64,000 bases of DNA, taken from positions 8,195-72,194 of the forward strand of contig JAHEJW010000015.1 of the NCBI GenBank assembly GCA_024638655.1, given 5' to 3'. The notes under the pieces are model-generated. The model did not search any database. It had not been told where the DNA came from and saw only the letters and a program-made list of their open reading frames with translations. The DNA comes from a bacterium. GTDB lineage: Bacteria; Actinomycetota; Acidimicrobiia; Spongiisociales; ZC4RG35. Both the position numbers and the translations under genes were made by a program. Numbering within the stretch: position 1 is the first letter of the stretch; each line of letters starts with the position of its first letter. Below are positions 36,084 to 46,001 of this stretch, one piece after another.

Positions 36084-37820
36084 ATGTACGGTGGAGACGT
36101 CTTGGAGTATCAAGCCCTCTACCGCAAGTATCGCCCTCAGACATTCGACGAAGTCATCGGCCAGGCCCACGTCACCACGACTCTGGCGCGGGAAGTCGCC
36201 GAGGGGAGGGTGGCCCATGCATACCTCTTCACCGGTCCGCGGGGCACCGGTAAGACGACCACCGCCCGGATCCTCGCCAAAGCGCTCAACTGCTCCAACC
36301 GCAACGCCGACGGCTCACCGTGCAACCGATGTGACAGCTGTCTGGCGATCACCGAGGGCACCTCGCTCGACGTGCTGGAGCTCGATGCAGCCTCTCACAA
36401 CAGTGTCGATGACATCCGCGACATAAAGGTGAGTGTGACCACGGTGGCGTCTGCGGCGACTTCGAAGCGCGTATTCGTCCTCGATGAGGCTCACATGCTC
36501 TCCAAGGCCGCAGGAAACGCTTTGTTGAAGACCCTCGAGGAGCCTCCGGACCACGTTCACTTCGTCCTTGCCACTACAGAGCCCTACAAGCTTCTCGACA
36601 CCATCAGATCGCGGGCGCAGCGATTCGACTTTCACCCGGTTCCGGTGGAGGACCTTGCCGGATACCTCAGCACAATCTCCGATCGCGAGGACTACAAGTC
36701 CGACCCTCCCGCGCTGATCGGCATCGCCCGACATGCTGGTGGGTCCGTCCGGGACTCGCTGTCTCTCATGGAACAGGTTGCCGCCCTCGGCGCGGGCACC
36801 GTGGACGCCGGCGGTGTCAGGAGAGCGCTCGGTCTGGCCGACTCGGAGGCCTTGATGCGTATCGCCGAGGCTGTGGCCGCGCAGGATGCCAAGGCTGCTC
36901 TCGAGCTGGTTGCCGAGTTGGCGGCGGAAGGCGTGGACCTGCGTCGCTTCGTTTCGGAGAGTCTGGGCTTCTTCCGCGGGATCTTCCTTGCTCACTACGC
37001 CCCCAACCTCTCCGAGATATCCGATGAACCACCCGAGGTCTACGACGCCTGGAAGAAGGCAGCCTCCCTGGTCCCCCCCGGTGAAGTGCTCCGGGCAGTC
37101 GACCTGTTGTCAGAGGCCCTGGTTCGACTCCGCGAGGGACGCGAGGAACGACTGATGACCGAGTTGGCGTTCATCAAGCTCACTAGACCGGAGACCGCTA
37201 CCGACCCCGAGGCCCTCATCGCACGAATGGACCGGCTCGAGCGAAGGATGGGCAAACCCGGCGAGACGCCGAGCGGAACTCGACCCCAGGTCTCGGAGGA
37301 GGCCCTGGCAGAAGCTGCGGTTGTCGACGCTCCTGAGAAGCTTGGGAAGGCGTCGAAGCAAGAGCGCGAGCCCGAGTCGGAGGCTCCTTCAGAACCCTTG
37401 GTAACCGACGAGCCTCCGGAGCCGGAGAAGGCACCGGCGGTGGACATCTCCTTCGAGCAGCTCCAAAAGATCTGGCCAGGCCTCTTCGGTGGGCTGCGAG
37501 ATGTCCTCGGGGCACGTCGCTGGGCCTTCTTTCGCGAGGCCGTCCCTGCCGGCGTCGAGGGAAATACCATCATCCTCGAGGTCGCCCACGAGTTCCATCT
37601 CAGCTCCCTTGCCCAGGACGATGCGGTGTCCCGCATCGTCGCCACCAAAGCGAGCGATTTGCTCGGAGGTGCGGTCAAGGTGAGGTTTCGTGCGAAGTCG
37701 TCTTCAGGCGAGTCCGCCGACGACAACGTCGTCGACATGACCCAACTCGAAGAGCGTCCCGAGACGGACCCGACCTCCCTGCTCGCCACCGAGCTCGGCG
37801 CCGAAGTCGTCGACGACTGA
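36084..37820 (+). CDS. dnaX: DNA polymerase III subunit gamma/tau
   Basis: YQALYRKYRPQTFDEVIGQ, GPRGTGKTT, zinc module C-x-x-C...C-x-x-C (CSNRNADGSPCNRCDSC), VFVLDEAHML. Start may be ATG 36084 or TTG 36102. Confidence 0.92.
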   Translation: MYGGDVLEYQALYRKYRPQTFDEVIGQAHVTTTLAREVAEGRVAHAYLFTGPRGTGKTTTARILAKALNCSNRNADGSPCNRCDSCLAITEGTSLDVLELDAASHNSVDDIRDIKVSVTTVASAATSKRVFVLDEAHMLSKAAGNALLKTLEEPPDHVHFVLATTEPYKLLDTIRSRAQRFDFHPVPVEDLAGYLSTISDREDYKSDPPALIGIARHAGGSVRDSLSLMEQVAALGAGTVDAGGVRRALGLADSEALMRIAEAVAAQDAKAALELVAELAAEGVDLRRFVSESLGFFRGIFLAHYAPNLSEISDEPPEVYDAWKKAASLVPPGEVLRAVDLLSEALVRLREGREERLMTELAFIKLTRPETATDPEALIARMDRLERRMGKPGETPSGTRPQVSEEALAEAAVVDAPEKLGKASKQEREPESEAPSEPLVTDEPPEPEKAPAVDISFEQLQKIWPGLFGGLRDVLGARRWAFFREAVPAGVEGNTIILEVAHEFHLSSLAQDDAVSRIVATKASDLLGGAVKVRFRAKSSSGESADDNVVDMTQLEERPETDPTSLLATELGAEVVDD

Positions 37821-37878
37821 CTCGCTGGTTCGGATCAACCGCCGTGTCCTGTCACAGAGCCGGGTTACCCTGGTCGAC

Positions 37879-38196
37879 ATGAACCGACAGCCGGATATGC
37901 GCCAGCTGATGAAGCAGGCCCAGGAGATGCAGGAGCAGTTGGCACGGGCCCAGAAAGAGCTGGCAGAGCGTCAATTCGTCGGCACCGCCGGGGGCGGGAT
38001 GGTCAAGGCAACGGTGACCGGTGGACCGGAACTGGTCTCGATCGAGATCTCTGCCGATGTGGTCGATCCGGACGATGTCGAGATGTTGGAAGACCTGGTC
38101 GTCGCCGCCGTGCGACAGGCGATGGAAGCCGCCGTCGAAGCAGCCAACACCCAGCTCGGGGGTCTCACGGGCGGGCTCGGCGGTCTCCTCGGCTGA
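37879..38196 (+). CDS. ybaB: YbaB/EbfC nucleoid-associated protein
   Basis: [22 protein letters not shown]...[11 protein letters not shown], in the conserved position between dnaX and recR. Confidence 0.9.
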   Translation: MNRQPDMRQLMKQAQEMQEQLARAQKELAERQFVGTAGGGMVKATVTGGPELVSIEISADVVDPDDVEMLEDLVVAAVRQAMEAAVEAANTQLGGLTGGLGGLLG

Positions 38197-38789
38197 TGTT
38201 CGAAGGTCCGGTTCAACGACTCATCGACGAGCTGAGCCGTCTACCCGGCATCGGTTCGAAGTCCGCTCAGCGTTTGGCATTCCACATCCTCGCCATTGAA
38301 AAGCCCGATGCCTTGCGATTGGCAGCTGCCATCAACGATATGCGCGATCAGGTGACGCTTTGTGAGCGATGCTTCAACGTGGCGGCGGGAGAGTTGTGCT
38401 CTATATGCCGTGATCAGAGACGGGACGACTCGGTTGTGTGTGTCGTCGAGCGGCCCCAGGACATCGTGGTGGTCGAGCGCACTCAGGAGTACCGCGGCGG
38501 ATATCACGTTCTGGGTGGCTCGCTGTCTCCCATAAATGGCGTAGGCCCGGGTCAGCTCAGGTTCGACGAGTTGAGGGCGCGTCTTCAGACCGAGGGCATC
38601 GAGGAGCTGATCGTGGCGACCAATCCCACGGTCGAAGGCGATGCAACCGCTATGTACATCGCCAGGGAGTTCAAGCCACTGGGCCTTCGCGTCACCCGTC
38701 TCGCCTCCGGTCTTCCAGTGGGTGGAGACCTCGACTATGCCGACGAGCTCACCCTGGGGAGGGCGCTGGCCGGACGCTCCGAGCTCTGA
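38196..38789 (+). CDS. recR: recombination protein RecR
   Basis: [23 protein letters not shown]4 zinc finger C-x2-C...C-x2-C (CERCFN...CSICRD), Toprim VCVVERPQD...[12 protein letters not shown]. Confidence 0.95.
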   Translation: MFEGPVQRLIDELSRLPGIGSKSAQRLAFHILAIEKPDALRLAAAINDMRDQVTLCERCFNVAAGELCSICRDQRRDDSVVCVVERPQDIVVVERTQEYRGGYHVLGGSLSPINGVGPGQLRFDELRARLQTEGIEELIVATNPTVEGDATAMYIAREFKPLGLRVTRLASGLPVGGDLDYADELTLGRALAGRSEL

Positions 38790-38793
38790 CTAG

Positions 38794-38812
38794 CCGGCCC
38801 GATTCGGGTCGG
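38794..38812 (+). terminator. short hairpin after recR
   Basis: ccggcccg-att-cgggtcgg, an 8-bp stem with one G-U pair, starting 5 nt after the recR stop. Confidence 0.4.
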
Positions 38813-38895
38813 TGAGAGAAACATCCCCTGATTCACCACATCGACGTGCTGGCGCGCGTAGCCTCGGCCCGTCCCCCCGAGGATCAAGGAGGAGC

Positions 38896-40044
38896 ATGAC
38901 CAAACAGCAGTACGCCAATTTGATGGAGAGGCGGCAGTTTCTGAAGCTGGCCTCGATGGGCGCTCTAGGAGCAACGGCTTTGGCCGCATGCACCTCAGGA
39001 GATGCCAATCTCGACGAGGCCGCAGGCGATGAGACTCTTCCCGAGCTCGAGTGGGAGGTAGCGACCAGCTGGCCGACCTCACTCGACACTATCTATGGAG
39101 GAGCGGTCCGTTTCGCCGAGCGGGTCTCGGCCATGACGGGTGGCAAGTTCATGGTGACGGCTCAGCCTGCCGGTGAGGTCGTGCCCCCGCTCGAGATCCT
39201 GCAGAACGTCGAGACCAACAGCATCAGCGCGGGCCACACCGCTTCCTACTACTACACCGGTCTCGACCCGACCACCGCCTTCGGCACGGCGCTGCCATTC
39301 GGGCTCACCGATCGTCAACAGAACGCCTGGCTCTATGAGGCCGGTGGATTGGAGATGCTCCAGGAGTTCTACGCCGAACGGTTCAACGCCATCCAGTTCC
39401 CGGCGGGGAACACCGGAGTCCAGATGGGCGGATGGTTCAACAAGGAGATCAACTCCCTCTCCGACATGCAAGGGCTGATCATGCGCATCCCCGGTTTGGG
39501 GAGCCAGGTCATGACCAAGTTGGGTGTGACTGTCCAGGTTCTGCCTGGTGGTGAGATCTTCCAGGCGCTTCAGACCGGTGCGATCGACGCAACCGAGTGG
39601 GTCGGGCCCTACGACGACACCACCATGGGGTTCCAGGAAGTGACACAGTTCTACTACCACCCGGGCTGGTGGGAGCCGGGGCCCTCACTCGAGGTGCAGA
39701 TCCCACTTCCCGTGTGGAACGAGTTGCCTGAGGTGTATCAGGAGATCGTCAAGACGGCCGCCTACGAGGCGAACACGACGATGATGTCCCGCTACGACGC
39801 CCTCAACCCGCCGGCATACCAGAACATCCTGGACAGCACCGACATTCAGGTGCTGCCCTTCCCAGATGACGTGATGGCAGCGGCAGAAGAGGCCGCTTTC
39901 GAGATCTTCGACGAGAACGCAGCGTCGAACGCGACCTTCAAGTCGATCTACGACGAGTGGCTCACGTTCCGCGAGGGCATCCAGAAGTGGCATGCCGTTG
40001 CGGAGACCTCGTACCTCAAGTACGTGGAGAACTCGCTGGCCTGA
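38896..40044 (+). CDS. TRAP transporter substrate-binding protein (DctP family) with Tat signal
   Basis: Twin-arginine signal ERRQFLKLASMGALGATALAAC. Body WPTSLDTIYGGAVRFAERV...GHTASYYY...EWVGPYDD matches the DctP-type fold. SD AAGGAGGAG lies before ATG 38896. Confidence 0.85.
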   Translation: MTKQQYANLMERRQFLKLASMGALGATALAACTSGDANLDEAAGDETLPELEWEVATSWPTSLDTIYGGAVRFAERVSAMTGGKFMVTAQPAGEVVPPLEILQNVETNSISAGHTASYYYTGLDPTTAFGTALPFGLTDRQQNAWLYEAGGLEMLQEFYAERFNAIQFPAGNTGVQMGGWFNKEINSLSDMQGLIMRIPGLGSQVMTKLGVTVQVLPGGEIFQALQTGAIDATEWVGPYDDTTMGFQEVTQFYYHPGWWEPGPSLEVQIPLPVWNELPEVYQEIVKTAAYEANTTMMSRYDALNPPAYQNILDSTDIQVLPFPDDVMAAAEEAAFEIFDENAASNATFKSIYDEWLTFREGIQKWHAVAETSYLKYVENSLA

Positions 40045-40064
40045 TCGGCGACGAACGAGAGATC

Positions 40065-40092
40065 GAAGGCCCCGCCCGTCGGCGGGGCCTTC
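40065..40092. terminator. bidirectional terminator between the TRAP binding-protein gene and the convergent dctM
   Basis: 12-bp perfect stem gaaggccccgcc / ggcggggccttc with loop cgtc. Confidence 0.6.
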
Positions 40093-40093
40093 G

Positions 40094-41470
40094 CTATATG
40101 CCGATGAGTTGGAGCATCGATGTCACCGTCTCGTCGCCGAAGAACCGATCGACCAGCCAGGTGACGGTCTGGGGGAAGGCCGCGACGAGGATGAGACCAC
40201 CGGTTTGGAGGGCCATGAATGGAAGCGCCCCCTTGTGGATATCACTGGTTTTGACCTCTGGCGGCGCCACGGACTGGAGGTAGAACAAGGAGAAGCCGAC
40301 CGGTGGAGAGATGAAGGCCATGTTCAAGTTGATCGCCATCAGGACAGCGAACCAAACCAGGTCGATGTCGAGCGCCTGGACCGCCGGCACGAACAGCGGC
40401 ATCACTATGAACGAGATCTCCAGGAACTCCAGGTTGATACCCAGGAGAAAGACCACGATGTTGGCGACGATGATGAATCCCCACTTGCCACCTGGAATCG
40501 CTGTGAGCCAATCGGTGATCAGGTCCTGACCACCGAGTTGGTTGAAGACCAAAGCGAAGAAAGTCGAGGCGAACAGGATTTGGAGCACCAGACCTGTGAT
40601 GTTGGCCGTGGCGCGTGCCGCGTCGAGGATCGTCCTCCAGCTGAAGCTCCTGTAGAGGAGTGACAGAATCACGGCTCCGACGGCGCCTGCAGCTCCGGCT
40701 TCCGAGGCCGTGGCGATCCCTGCGAAGATCGAACCGAGAACGGCGAGTATCAGAGCGATGGGCGGCACAACCACCTTCGCTGCTTCGACCAGCAGCTGTC
40801 CCAAGGGCATGTCTCGCTCTTCCTTGGGGATCGCCGGTGCGTAGTCGGGCTTGATGTAGGCGATCACGACTGCGTAGATGGCGAATATCGCTGACAGCAT
40901 GATGCCGGGAATGAGGGCGCCCGCGAACAGCTCGCCGACCGACACCGGGATGAATTGGGCGAGGATGATCAGCACCAGGCTTGGCGGGATCAGCTGGGCG
41001 AGCGTGCCGGAACCAACGATGACGCCAGACGCCAGTTTGGGGTCGTAGTTGTACTTGATCATGACCGGCAGCGCCAGAATCCCCATGACGATGACGGTTG
41101 CCGCTACGACACCGGTTGCGGCTGCGAGGAGCGTCCCGACGACGACCACCGCCACTGCCATTCCTCCGCGAAGGGGTCCCATCAGGAAGCCGATAGTTGT
41201 CAGTAGGCGCTCGGCGAGTCCCGACTTCTCGAACACGGCGCCCATGAACACGAAAAAGGGGATCGCGAGGAAGACGAAGTTGGAGATCGAGTTGGCGAAC
41301 CACTGGCTGAAGAGGACGTTGAGAGTGCGGAAAGAGAGGTCGCCGAACAGCCATCCCAACATGAAGAAGACGAAGGCAGTGCCCGCGAAGGAGAAAGCGA
41401 CGGGATAGCCACTCAGGATGATCACCAGGAAGACGGCGAACATGACGATGGCGAGTAGTTCGAGGCTCAT
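40094..41470 (-). CDS. dctM: TRAP transporter large permease
   Basis: 458 aa, polytopic, typical DctM-like helices. Sits 3 nt downstream of dctQ. Confidence 0.9.
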   Translation of the reverse strand: MSLELLAIVMFAVFLVIILSGYPVAFSFAGTAFVFFMLGWLFGDLSFRTLNVLFSQWFANSISNFVFLAIPFFVFMGAVFEKSGLAERLLTTIGFLMGPLRGGMAVAVVVVGTLLAAATGVVAATVIVMGILALPVMIKYNYDPKLASGVIVGSGTLAQLIPPSLVLIILAQFIPVSVGELFAGALIPGIMLSAIFAIYAVVIAYIKPDYAPAIPKEERDMPLGQLLVEAAKVVVPPIALILAVLGSIFAGIATASEAGAAGAVGAVILSLLYRSFSWRTILDAARATANITGLVLQILFASTFFALVFNQLGGQDLITDWLTAIPGGKWGFIIVANIVVFLLGINLEFLEISFIVMPLFVPAVQALDIDLVWFAVLMAINLNMAFISPPVGFSLFYLQSVAPPEVKTSDIHKGALPFMALQTGGLILVAAFPQTVTWLVDRFFGDETVTSMLQLIGI

Positions 41471-41473
41471 CGT

Positions 41474-42064
41474 CTATTCGATCCTGATGTGCTCTTTGGG
41501 AGCTTCGACTTCGACCAGATGACCTCGTCCTGTGATCACCGCATACATCCGGATCTGCTCGGAGAGAGCCTGGATCAACAGCAGAACGAAGGCGATTGCC
41601 AGCAGCAGCTTGATTGGGCCCCGGGGAAGCCCGTCGGCGTCGGGCGACTGCTCCCAAACCCGGATCGATTGGATCGCCTGAGGAAAAGAGACCCAGATTC
41701 CGATGATGGCGAACGGGATCAACGAGATGATGTTGCCTATGAAGTCGATCCACGCCTTCCTGGTGACCGGCTGGTTGGCGTACCAGAAGTCGACCCGGAC
41801 GTTGATCTGGTGCTTCAGGACATATGCGAACCCGACCAGGAAGATGATGGAGTAGAGATACCACTGCGCTTCGATGATTGCGTTGTTGGTGAGACGGCGG
41901 CCCATCAGCTGGCCGGTGTAACGGAGCACGACACTCACGAACCCCACGGCGACCGTGGGAAGAACTACCCACTTTGCGACGGCGCCGGTCCACTCGGCGA
42001 GGCGATCCGCCCAGCGCTGGAATGTCAGGAAGATCCCGAAGATCGGGCCGACATCAGAGCGCAT
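41474..42064 (-). CDS. dctQ: TRAP transporter small permease
   Basis: 196 aa with four helices, immediately upstream of dctM. Confidence 0.8.
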   Translation of the reverse strand: MRSDVGPIFGIFLTFQRWADRLAEWTGAVAKWVVLPTVAVGFVSVVLRYTGQLMGRRLTNNAIIEAQWYLYSIIFLVGFAYVLKHQINVRVDFWYANQPVTRKAWIDFIGNIISLIPFAIIGIWVSFPQAIQSIRVWEQSPDADGLPRGPIKLLLAIAFVLLLIQALSEQIRMYAVITGRGHLVEVEAPKEHIRIE

Positions 42065-42156
42065 GCTTTCGCTGGTCGCTTTCCTACCTCCTCGACTGGC
42101 GGAACCCTACACAGGGCGTCGTCTGCGAGGTTCGCCAGCGAACGTATTCTCAAGTC

Positions 42157-42804
42157 GTGACCGCCCTGCATGTCATCTGGGACTGGAACGGCACCCTGCT
42201 CGATGATCTCGATGTCGTCATCGAGGCAGCCAACGTTGGTCTCGTCGAGTTCGGGGTGGGCCCGATTGACGAGGACCTGTATCGCGATCACTTCACTAGA
42301 CCGGTTCGAGCCTTCTACAACTCCCTGTTCGGGAGACCGGTCACTGATGCGGAGTGGAGGAAGTTGAACCACGTGTTCCATGTGGAGTACATGGCCCGGG
42401 CAGACCGGGCTGAGCTGACCGAGGACGCCCTCGAGGCCCTGGATACGGTGGGGGCGAAGCCCCATGCCCAGTCTCTGCTGTCGATGTCACCACAAGACTG
42501 GCTGGAGTCGATCGTCGCGCGAAAGGGAGTGCTGCATCGGTTCGGGTTGGTCAGTGGTCTGACGGGTGAGACCGGCGGACTCAAGGCCCGGCACATGGAG
42601 GAACACATCGACGGACTCGGATTGGACCCGGCTCGGACAGTCGTCATCGGCGATACACCCGACGACGCCACGGCCGCGAGGCATGTCGGGGCCAATGTGG
42701 TTCTCTACGACGGTGGCTCACATCACCTGCCCGTGCTTCAACAAACATACGCCCCTGTCGCACACTCTTTGGTCGAAGCTGTCCAAATCGCAGGTGAGCT
42801 GTGA
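42157..42804 (+). CDS. HAD-superfamily hydrolase (phosphoglycolate phosphatase-like)
   Basis: Motif I variant VIWDWNGTLLDD, motif III/IV K...VVIGDTPDD. The GTG 42157 start was chosen to avoid overlap with dctQ. Confidence 0.68.
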   Translation: MTALHVIWDWNGTLLDDLDVVIEAANVGLVEFGVGPIDEDLYRDHFTRPVRAFYNSLFGRPVTDAEWRKLNHVFHVEYMARADRAELTEDALEALDTVGAKPHAQSLLSMSPQDWLESIVARKGVLHRFGLVSGLTGETGGLKARHMEEHIDGLGLDPARTVVIGDTPDDATAARHVGANVVLYDGGSHHLPVLQQTYAPVAHSLVEAVQIAGEL

Positions 42805-43149
42805 TCCTTCAGATGGATACGCCAAGTCGCGCGTAGGTACCGGCAAGAATGGCGTCGGCTTGGAGCCACTCAACCAGGTGGGCTACGTTCCCCCGCCCGC
42901 CCCTCACCGCCGGACCCATGAGGATTGAGGTGCGGCCGTGCCGTGGTCGGTGCCTGTCCCGTTCTCTTTGGGGCATCTCCCGAACTCACTCGCAGTCAAG
43001 ACCGCGACCCTGTCCGAGTTGTCACGATTCGAGAAACCGATACACGAATTCTCGATCGGGTGTGTTGGAGAACGGTTGGCTCAGCTTGAAGAACGATCTC
43101 ATCCGAAAATCGCCGCAGACCGGCAACCAAAGCCGGAAGTTGGCTCTGG

Positions 43150-44142
43150 TCAGTCGATGACCAGGCTCGAGATCTCGCGGAGGCGGCCCAGGTCGTGGAG
43201 TGCCTGCATGTAGCGGATCGAGCCCGTCTTGGAGCGCATGATCACTGAGTCGGTGATTGCCTGGTCCTCGCCCTTGAAGTTCACCCGCCGTAAGAACTCG
43301 CCGCCGGTGACGCCGGTTGCGGCGAAGAACACGTTCGGAGAACCCACCAGGTCCGATGTCGTCATGACCTCGGCGAGATCGAGCCCTTCCTCTCGCGCGT
43401 ATTGCTCTTCGGACTCGTCGCGTGGCCAGAGCCGACACTGGATCTCCCCACCCATGCAAGCGAGAGCGGCCGCAGCGAGTACAGCCTCTGGTGAGCCGCC
43501 AATCCCGAGGAGGATGTCGGCCTCGTGGTTCTCCTGGGCGGTGGCGATTGCTCCGGCGACGTCGCCATCGCGGAAGAGTGAGATCCTGGCGCCGGCTTCG
43601 CGTACCGCATCGACGTACTTCTGATTGCGCGGGCGATCGAGGATGAGGCAACGAAGGTCGGAGAGGTTCTTGTCATTCGCTTTGGCGACTCGTTTCAGGT
43701 TCGTGGCCACCGGGGCTTCGAGGTCGACGACGCCGGCAGCCTCCGGGCCTACGGCGATCTTGTCCATGTAGACGAGAGAACCGGGGGCGTACATGCTGCC
43801 CCGCCCTTCAGAGATGGCGATAACCGCAATCGCGCCGGGCAGTCCGGCCGCGGTGAGCGTCGTTCCATCGATCGGATCGACGGCAACGTCGACCACCATC
43901 CCCTCGCCCGTCCCTACAGACTCCCCGTTGAACAGCATCGGCGCTTCATCCTTCTCGCCTTCACCGATTACAACGGTCCCGTCGATCTCGATTGTGGACA
44001 GGTGCAGCCGCATACCGTCGACTGCGGCCTGATCGACCTCCTCCTTGTTGCCCCGGCCGAGCCATCGTGCCGCACGCAACGCGGCGGTTTCGGTGACTCG
44101 GACGAGGTCGAGCCCGAGGTTGCGTTCGACCGGCTCCGGCAT
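43150..44142 (-). CDS. glpX: class II fructose-1,6-bisphosphatase
   Basis: LGLDLVRVTETAALRAARWLGRGNKEE, VAVDPIDGTT, GGSPEAVLAAAAL, ATGVTGGEFL. Its ATG shares one base with the thiolase stop (TGATG). Confidence 0.9.
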   Translation of the reverse strand: MPEPVERNLGLDLVRVTETAALRAARWLGRGNKEEVDQAAVDGMRLHLSTIEIDGTVVIGEGEKDEAPMLFNGESVGTGEGMVVDVAVDPIDGTTLTAAGLPGAIAVIAISEGRGSMYAPGSLVYMDKIAVGPEAAGVVDLEAPVATNLKRVAKANDKNLSDLRCLILDRPRNQKYVDAVREAGARISLFRDGDVAGAIATAQENHEADILLGIGGSPEAVLAAAALACMGGEIQCRLWPRDESEEQYAREEGLDLAEVMTTSDLVGSPNVFFAATGVTGGEFLRRVNFKGEDQAITDSVIMRSKTGSIRYMQALHDLGRLREISSLVID

Positions 44143-45323
44143 CAGCCCACCTTCACGATGATGGCATCCCCCTGGCCCCCGCCACCGCAGAGAGCGGCTG
44201 CGCCGACGCCACCACCGCGGTGGCGCAAGGCATTCACCAGGGTGACTACGAGGCGAGCGCCGGTTGCGCCGAGTGGATGACCCAGGGCGACCGCACCACC
44301 GTTGACGTTGACCTTCTCGATGGGGAGGTCGAGCATGCGCGCCGACCATAGAGAGACGGCCGCGAACGCCTCATTGATCTCGACCAGGTCGAGATCAATC
44401 GTGTCGAGGCCGGCCTTCTTCAAGGCGATGCGGAGAGCTTCAGCGGGTCGCTCGTGGAGCGTGGCGTCGATCCCGCCGATCTGGCCATAGGCCAGGATCT
44501 CCGCCAGTACCTCCTGGCCCGATGCCTCGGCGGCGGACCTGTCCGCTACCACGACCGCAGCCGCGCCGTCGGAGATCTGGGAGGCGTTCCCGGCGGTGAT
44601 GGTGCCGTCAGGGACGAATGCAGGGCTCAGCGCAGAGAGAGTCTGGATGGTCGTCCCCTCTCGGATTCCCTCGTCGGTGTCAACGACGACTGGATCTCCT
44701 TTCCTCTGGGGCACTTCCATCGGGAGAATCTCGTCGCCGAATTGCCCGTTGGTCGTGGCGGCCAGAGCCAACTCATGACTGCGAGCCGCCCACTCGTCCT
44801 GCTCCCGGCGGTCAATGCCGAGTCGCGAGTTCTTCTGGTCGGACGACTCTCCCATCATGCAATGATCGAAAGCGCAAAAGAGGCCGTCGTGTTGCATGAC
44901 GTCGACCAGGTCGGCGTTTCCGATGCGTGCGCCCCAGCGAAGCTCCCGGACGACATGGGGGGCGTTGGTCATACTCTCCATCCCCCCGGTCATCACGAAC
45001 TTCGACTCCCCGAGCCGGATCGAGCGATCGGCCAGACCGATGGCCGACATCCCCGAGAGGCAGACCTTGTTGATTGTCACCGAAGGCACGGTCATGGGCA
45101 GTCCGCCGGCCACCGCGGCCTGTCTGGCAGTGATCTGACCCTCGCCGGCCTGAAGTACATGGCCGAACATCACCTCGTCGATCTCGGCCCGATCCACACC
45201 TGACCGCTCGACCGCAGCACGAATGGCCGCCCCGCCGAGCTCAACGGCACGGAGCGGGGCGAGAGCACCGTTGTACTTGCCAATTGGCGTCCGGGCGATA
45301 CCCGTTATCACCGAATTCTCCAA
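44142..45323 (-). CDS. acetyl-CoA C-acetyltransferase (thiolase)
   Basis: INKVCLSGMSAI (active Cys), NVNGGAVALGHPLGATGARL, ALCGGGGQGDA. Confidence 0.9.
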   Translation of the reverse strand: MENSVITGIARTPIGKYNGALAPLRAVELGGAAIRAAVERSGVDRAEIDEVMFGHVLQAGEGQITARQAAVAGGLPMTVPSVTINKVCLSGMSAIGLADRSIRLGESKFVMTGGMESMTNAPHVVRELRWGARIGNADLVDVMQHDGLFCAFDHCMMGESSDQKNSRLGIDRREQDEWAARSHELALAATTNGQFGDEILPMEVPQRKGDPVVVDTDEGIREGTTIQTLSALSPAFVPDGTITAGNASQISDGAAAVVVADRSAAEASGQEVLAEILAYGQIGGIDATLHERPAEALRIALKKAGLDTIDLDLVEINEAFAAVSLWSARMLDLPIEKVNVNGGAVALGHPLGATGARLVVTLVNALRHRGGGVGAAALCGGGGQGDAIIVKVG

Positions 45324-45358
45324 GATTCCTCCTAGGGGACAGATCCTACCTGTGAGCC

Positions 45359-45805
45359 GTGACAGCGCCCGAGCGGCGCAATACCCTCAGGTGGGTGAAA
45401 TTGCTCAATCTCGACCATGTGGCCATTGCAGTGGAGAATCTCGACCGCGCCATCGAGGGCTATCGAAACCGGTATCGCGTGGAGCCTCTCTACAGGGAGC
45501 GTGTTGACGAACAGGGTGTCGTGGAGGCGATGATCCCGGTTGGTGGTTCATTCGTGCAGCTCCTCGAGCCACTCGGCGGTGAAACCCCCGTGGGTAGATT
45601 CCTGTCCAAGCATGGAGAAGGACTCCATCATGTCGCATATGCCGTGAGCTCGATAGAAGCCGCCCTGGAACACCTCAAAGGTGAAGGAGCTCGTCTGATC
45701 GACGAGACCCCGCGAGTCGGAGGGCGCGGAGCTCGGATAGCTTTTGTCCATCCCGGAGACCTCGCCGGAACGCTCATCGAGCTGGTGGAGCTGGTCGATG
45801 GTTGA
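45359..45805 (+). CDS. mce: methylmalonyl-CoA epimerase (VOC/glyoxalase fold)
   Basis: LDHVAIAVENLDRAIEGY...VQLLEPLG...HHVAY...ARIAFVHP is the typical epimerase pattern. Start may be an internal GTG (VKLLNLDH). Confidence 0.8.
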   Translation: MTAPERRNTLRWVKLLNLDHVAIAVENLDRAIEGYRNRYRVEPLYRERVDEQGVVEAMIPVGGSFVQLLEPLGGETPVGRFLSKHGEGLHHVAYAVSSIEAALEHLKGEGARLIDETPRVGGRGARIAFVHPGDLAGTLIELVELVDG

Positions 45806-46001
45806 GATAAGGGGCCGGCCGACGGAGGCCGAGGCTGCAGTCATCGCCGTGGTGTTGGATCGGATCGCCCAGGAGGAGCAAGAGGCGGCAGAGAGTCGAG
45901 CGCGGACATCACTCGCCTTGCCACCATGGATGAGGATCGTGCGCAACGGCCAACACCATCCACTCGACGCGAGCCTTCCCTTCAGGCCCGAGCCGACCTA
46001 G
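45798..46001 (+). CDS. acyl-CoA carboxylase epsilon-subunit-like small protein
   Basis: MVEIRGRPTEAEAAVIAVVLDRIA... resembles the N-terminus of actinobacterial AccE/PccE peptides. Its ATG overlaps the mce stop (ATGGTTGA). Confidence 0.45.
   Translation: MVEIRGRPTEAEAAVIAVVLDRIAQEEQEAAESRARTSLALPPWMRIVRNGQHHPLDASLPFRPEPT

Noticed and set aside
36084-37820. Programmed -1 frameshift in dnaX (gamma versus tau), as in E. coli
   Set aside because: I found no A-AAA-AAG-type slippery heptamer in the gene. The mechanism is not general outside enterobacteria.
40242-41993. 583-aa minus-strand ORF across dctM and dctQ. Similar long alternate-frame ORFs occur at 31511-32749, 43022-43651, 25664-26509 and 19546-20463.
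   Set aside because: These are typical high-GC shadow ORFs. They are extremely Arg/Pro/Gly/His-rich, have no recognisable motifs, and overlap genes with clear family signatures.
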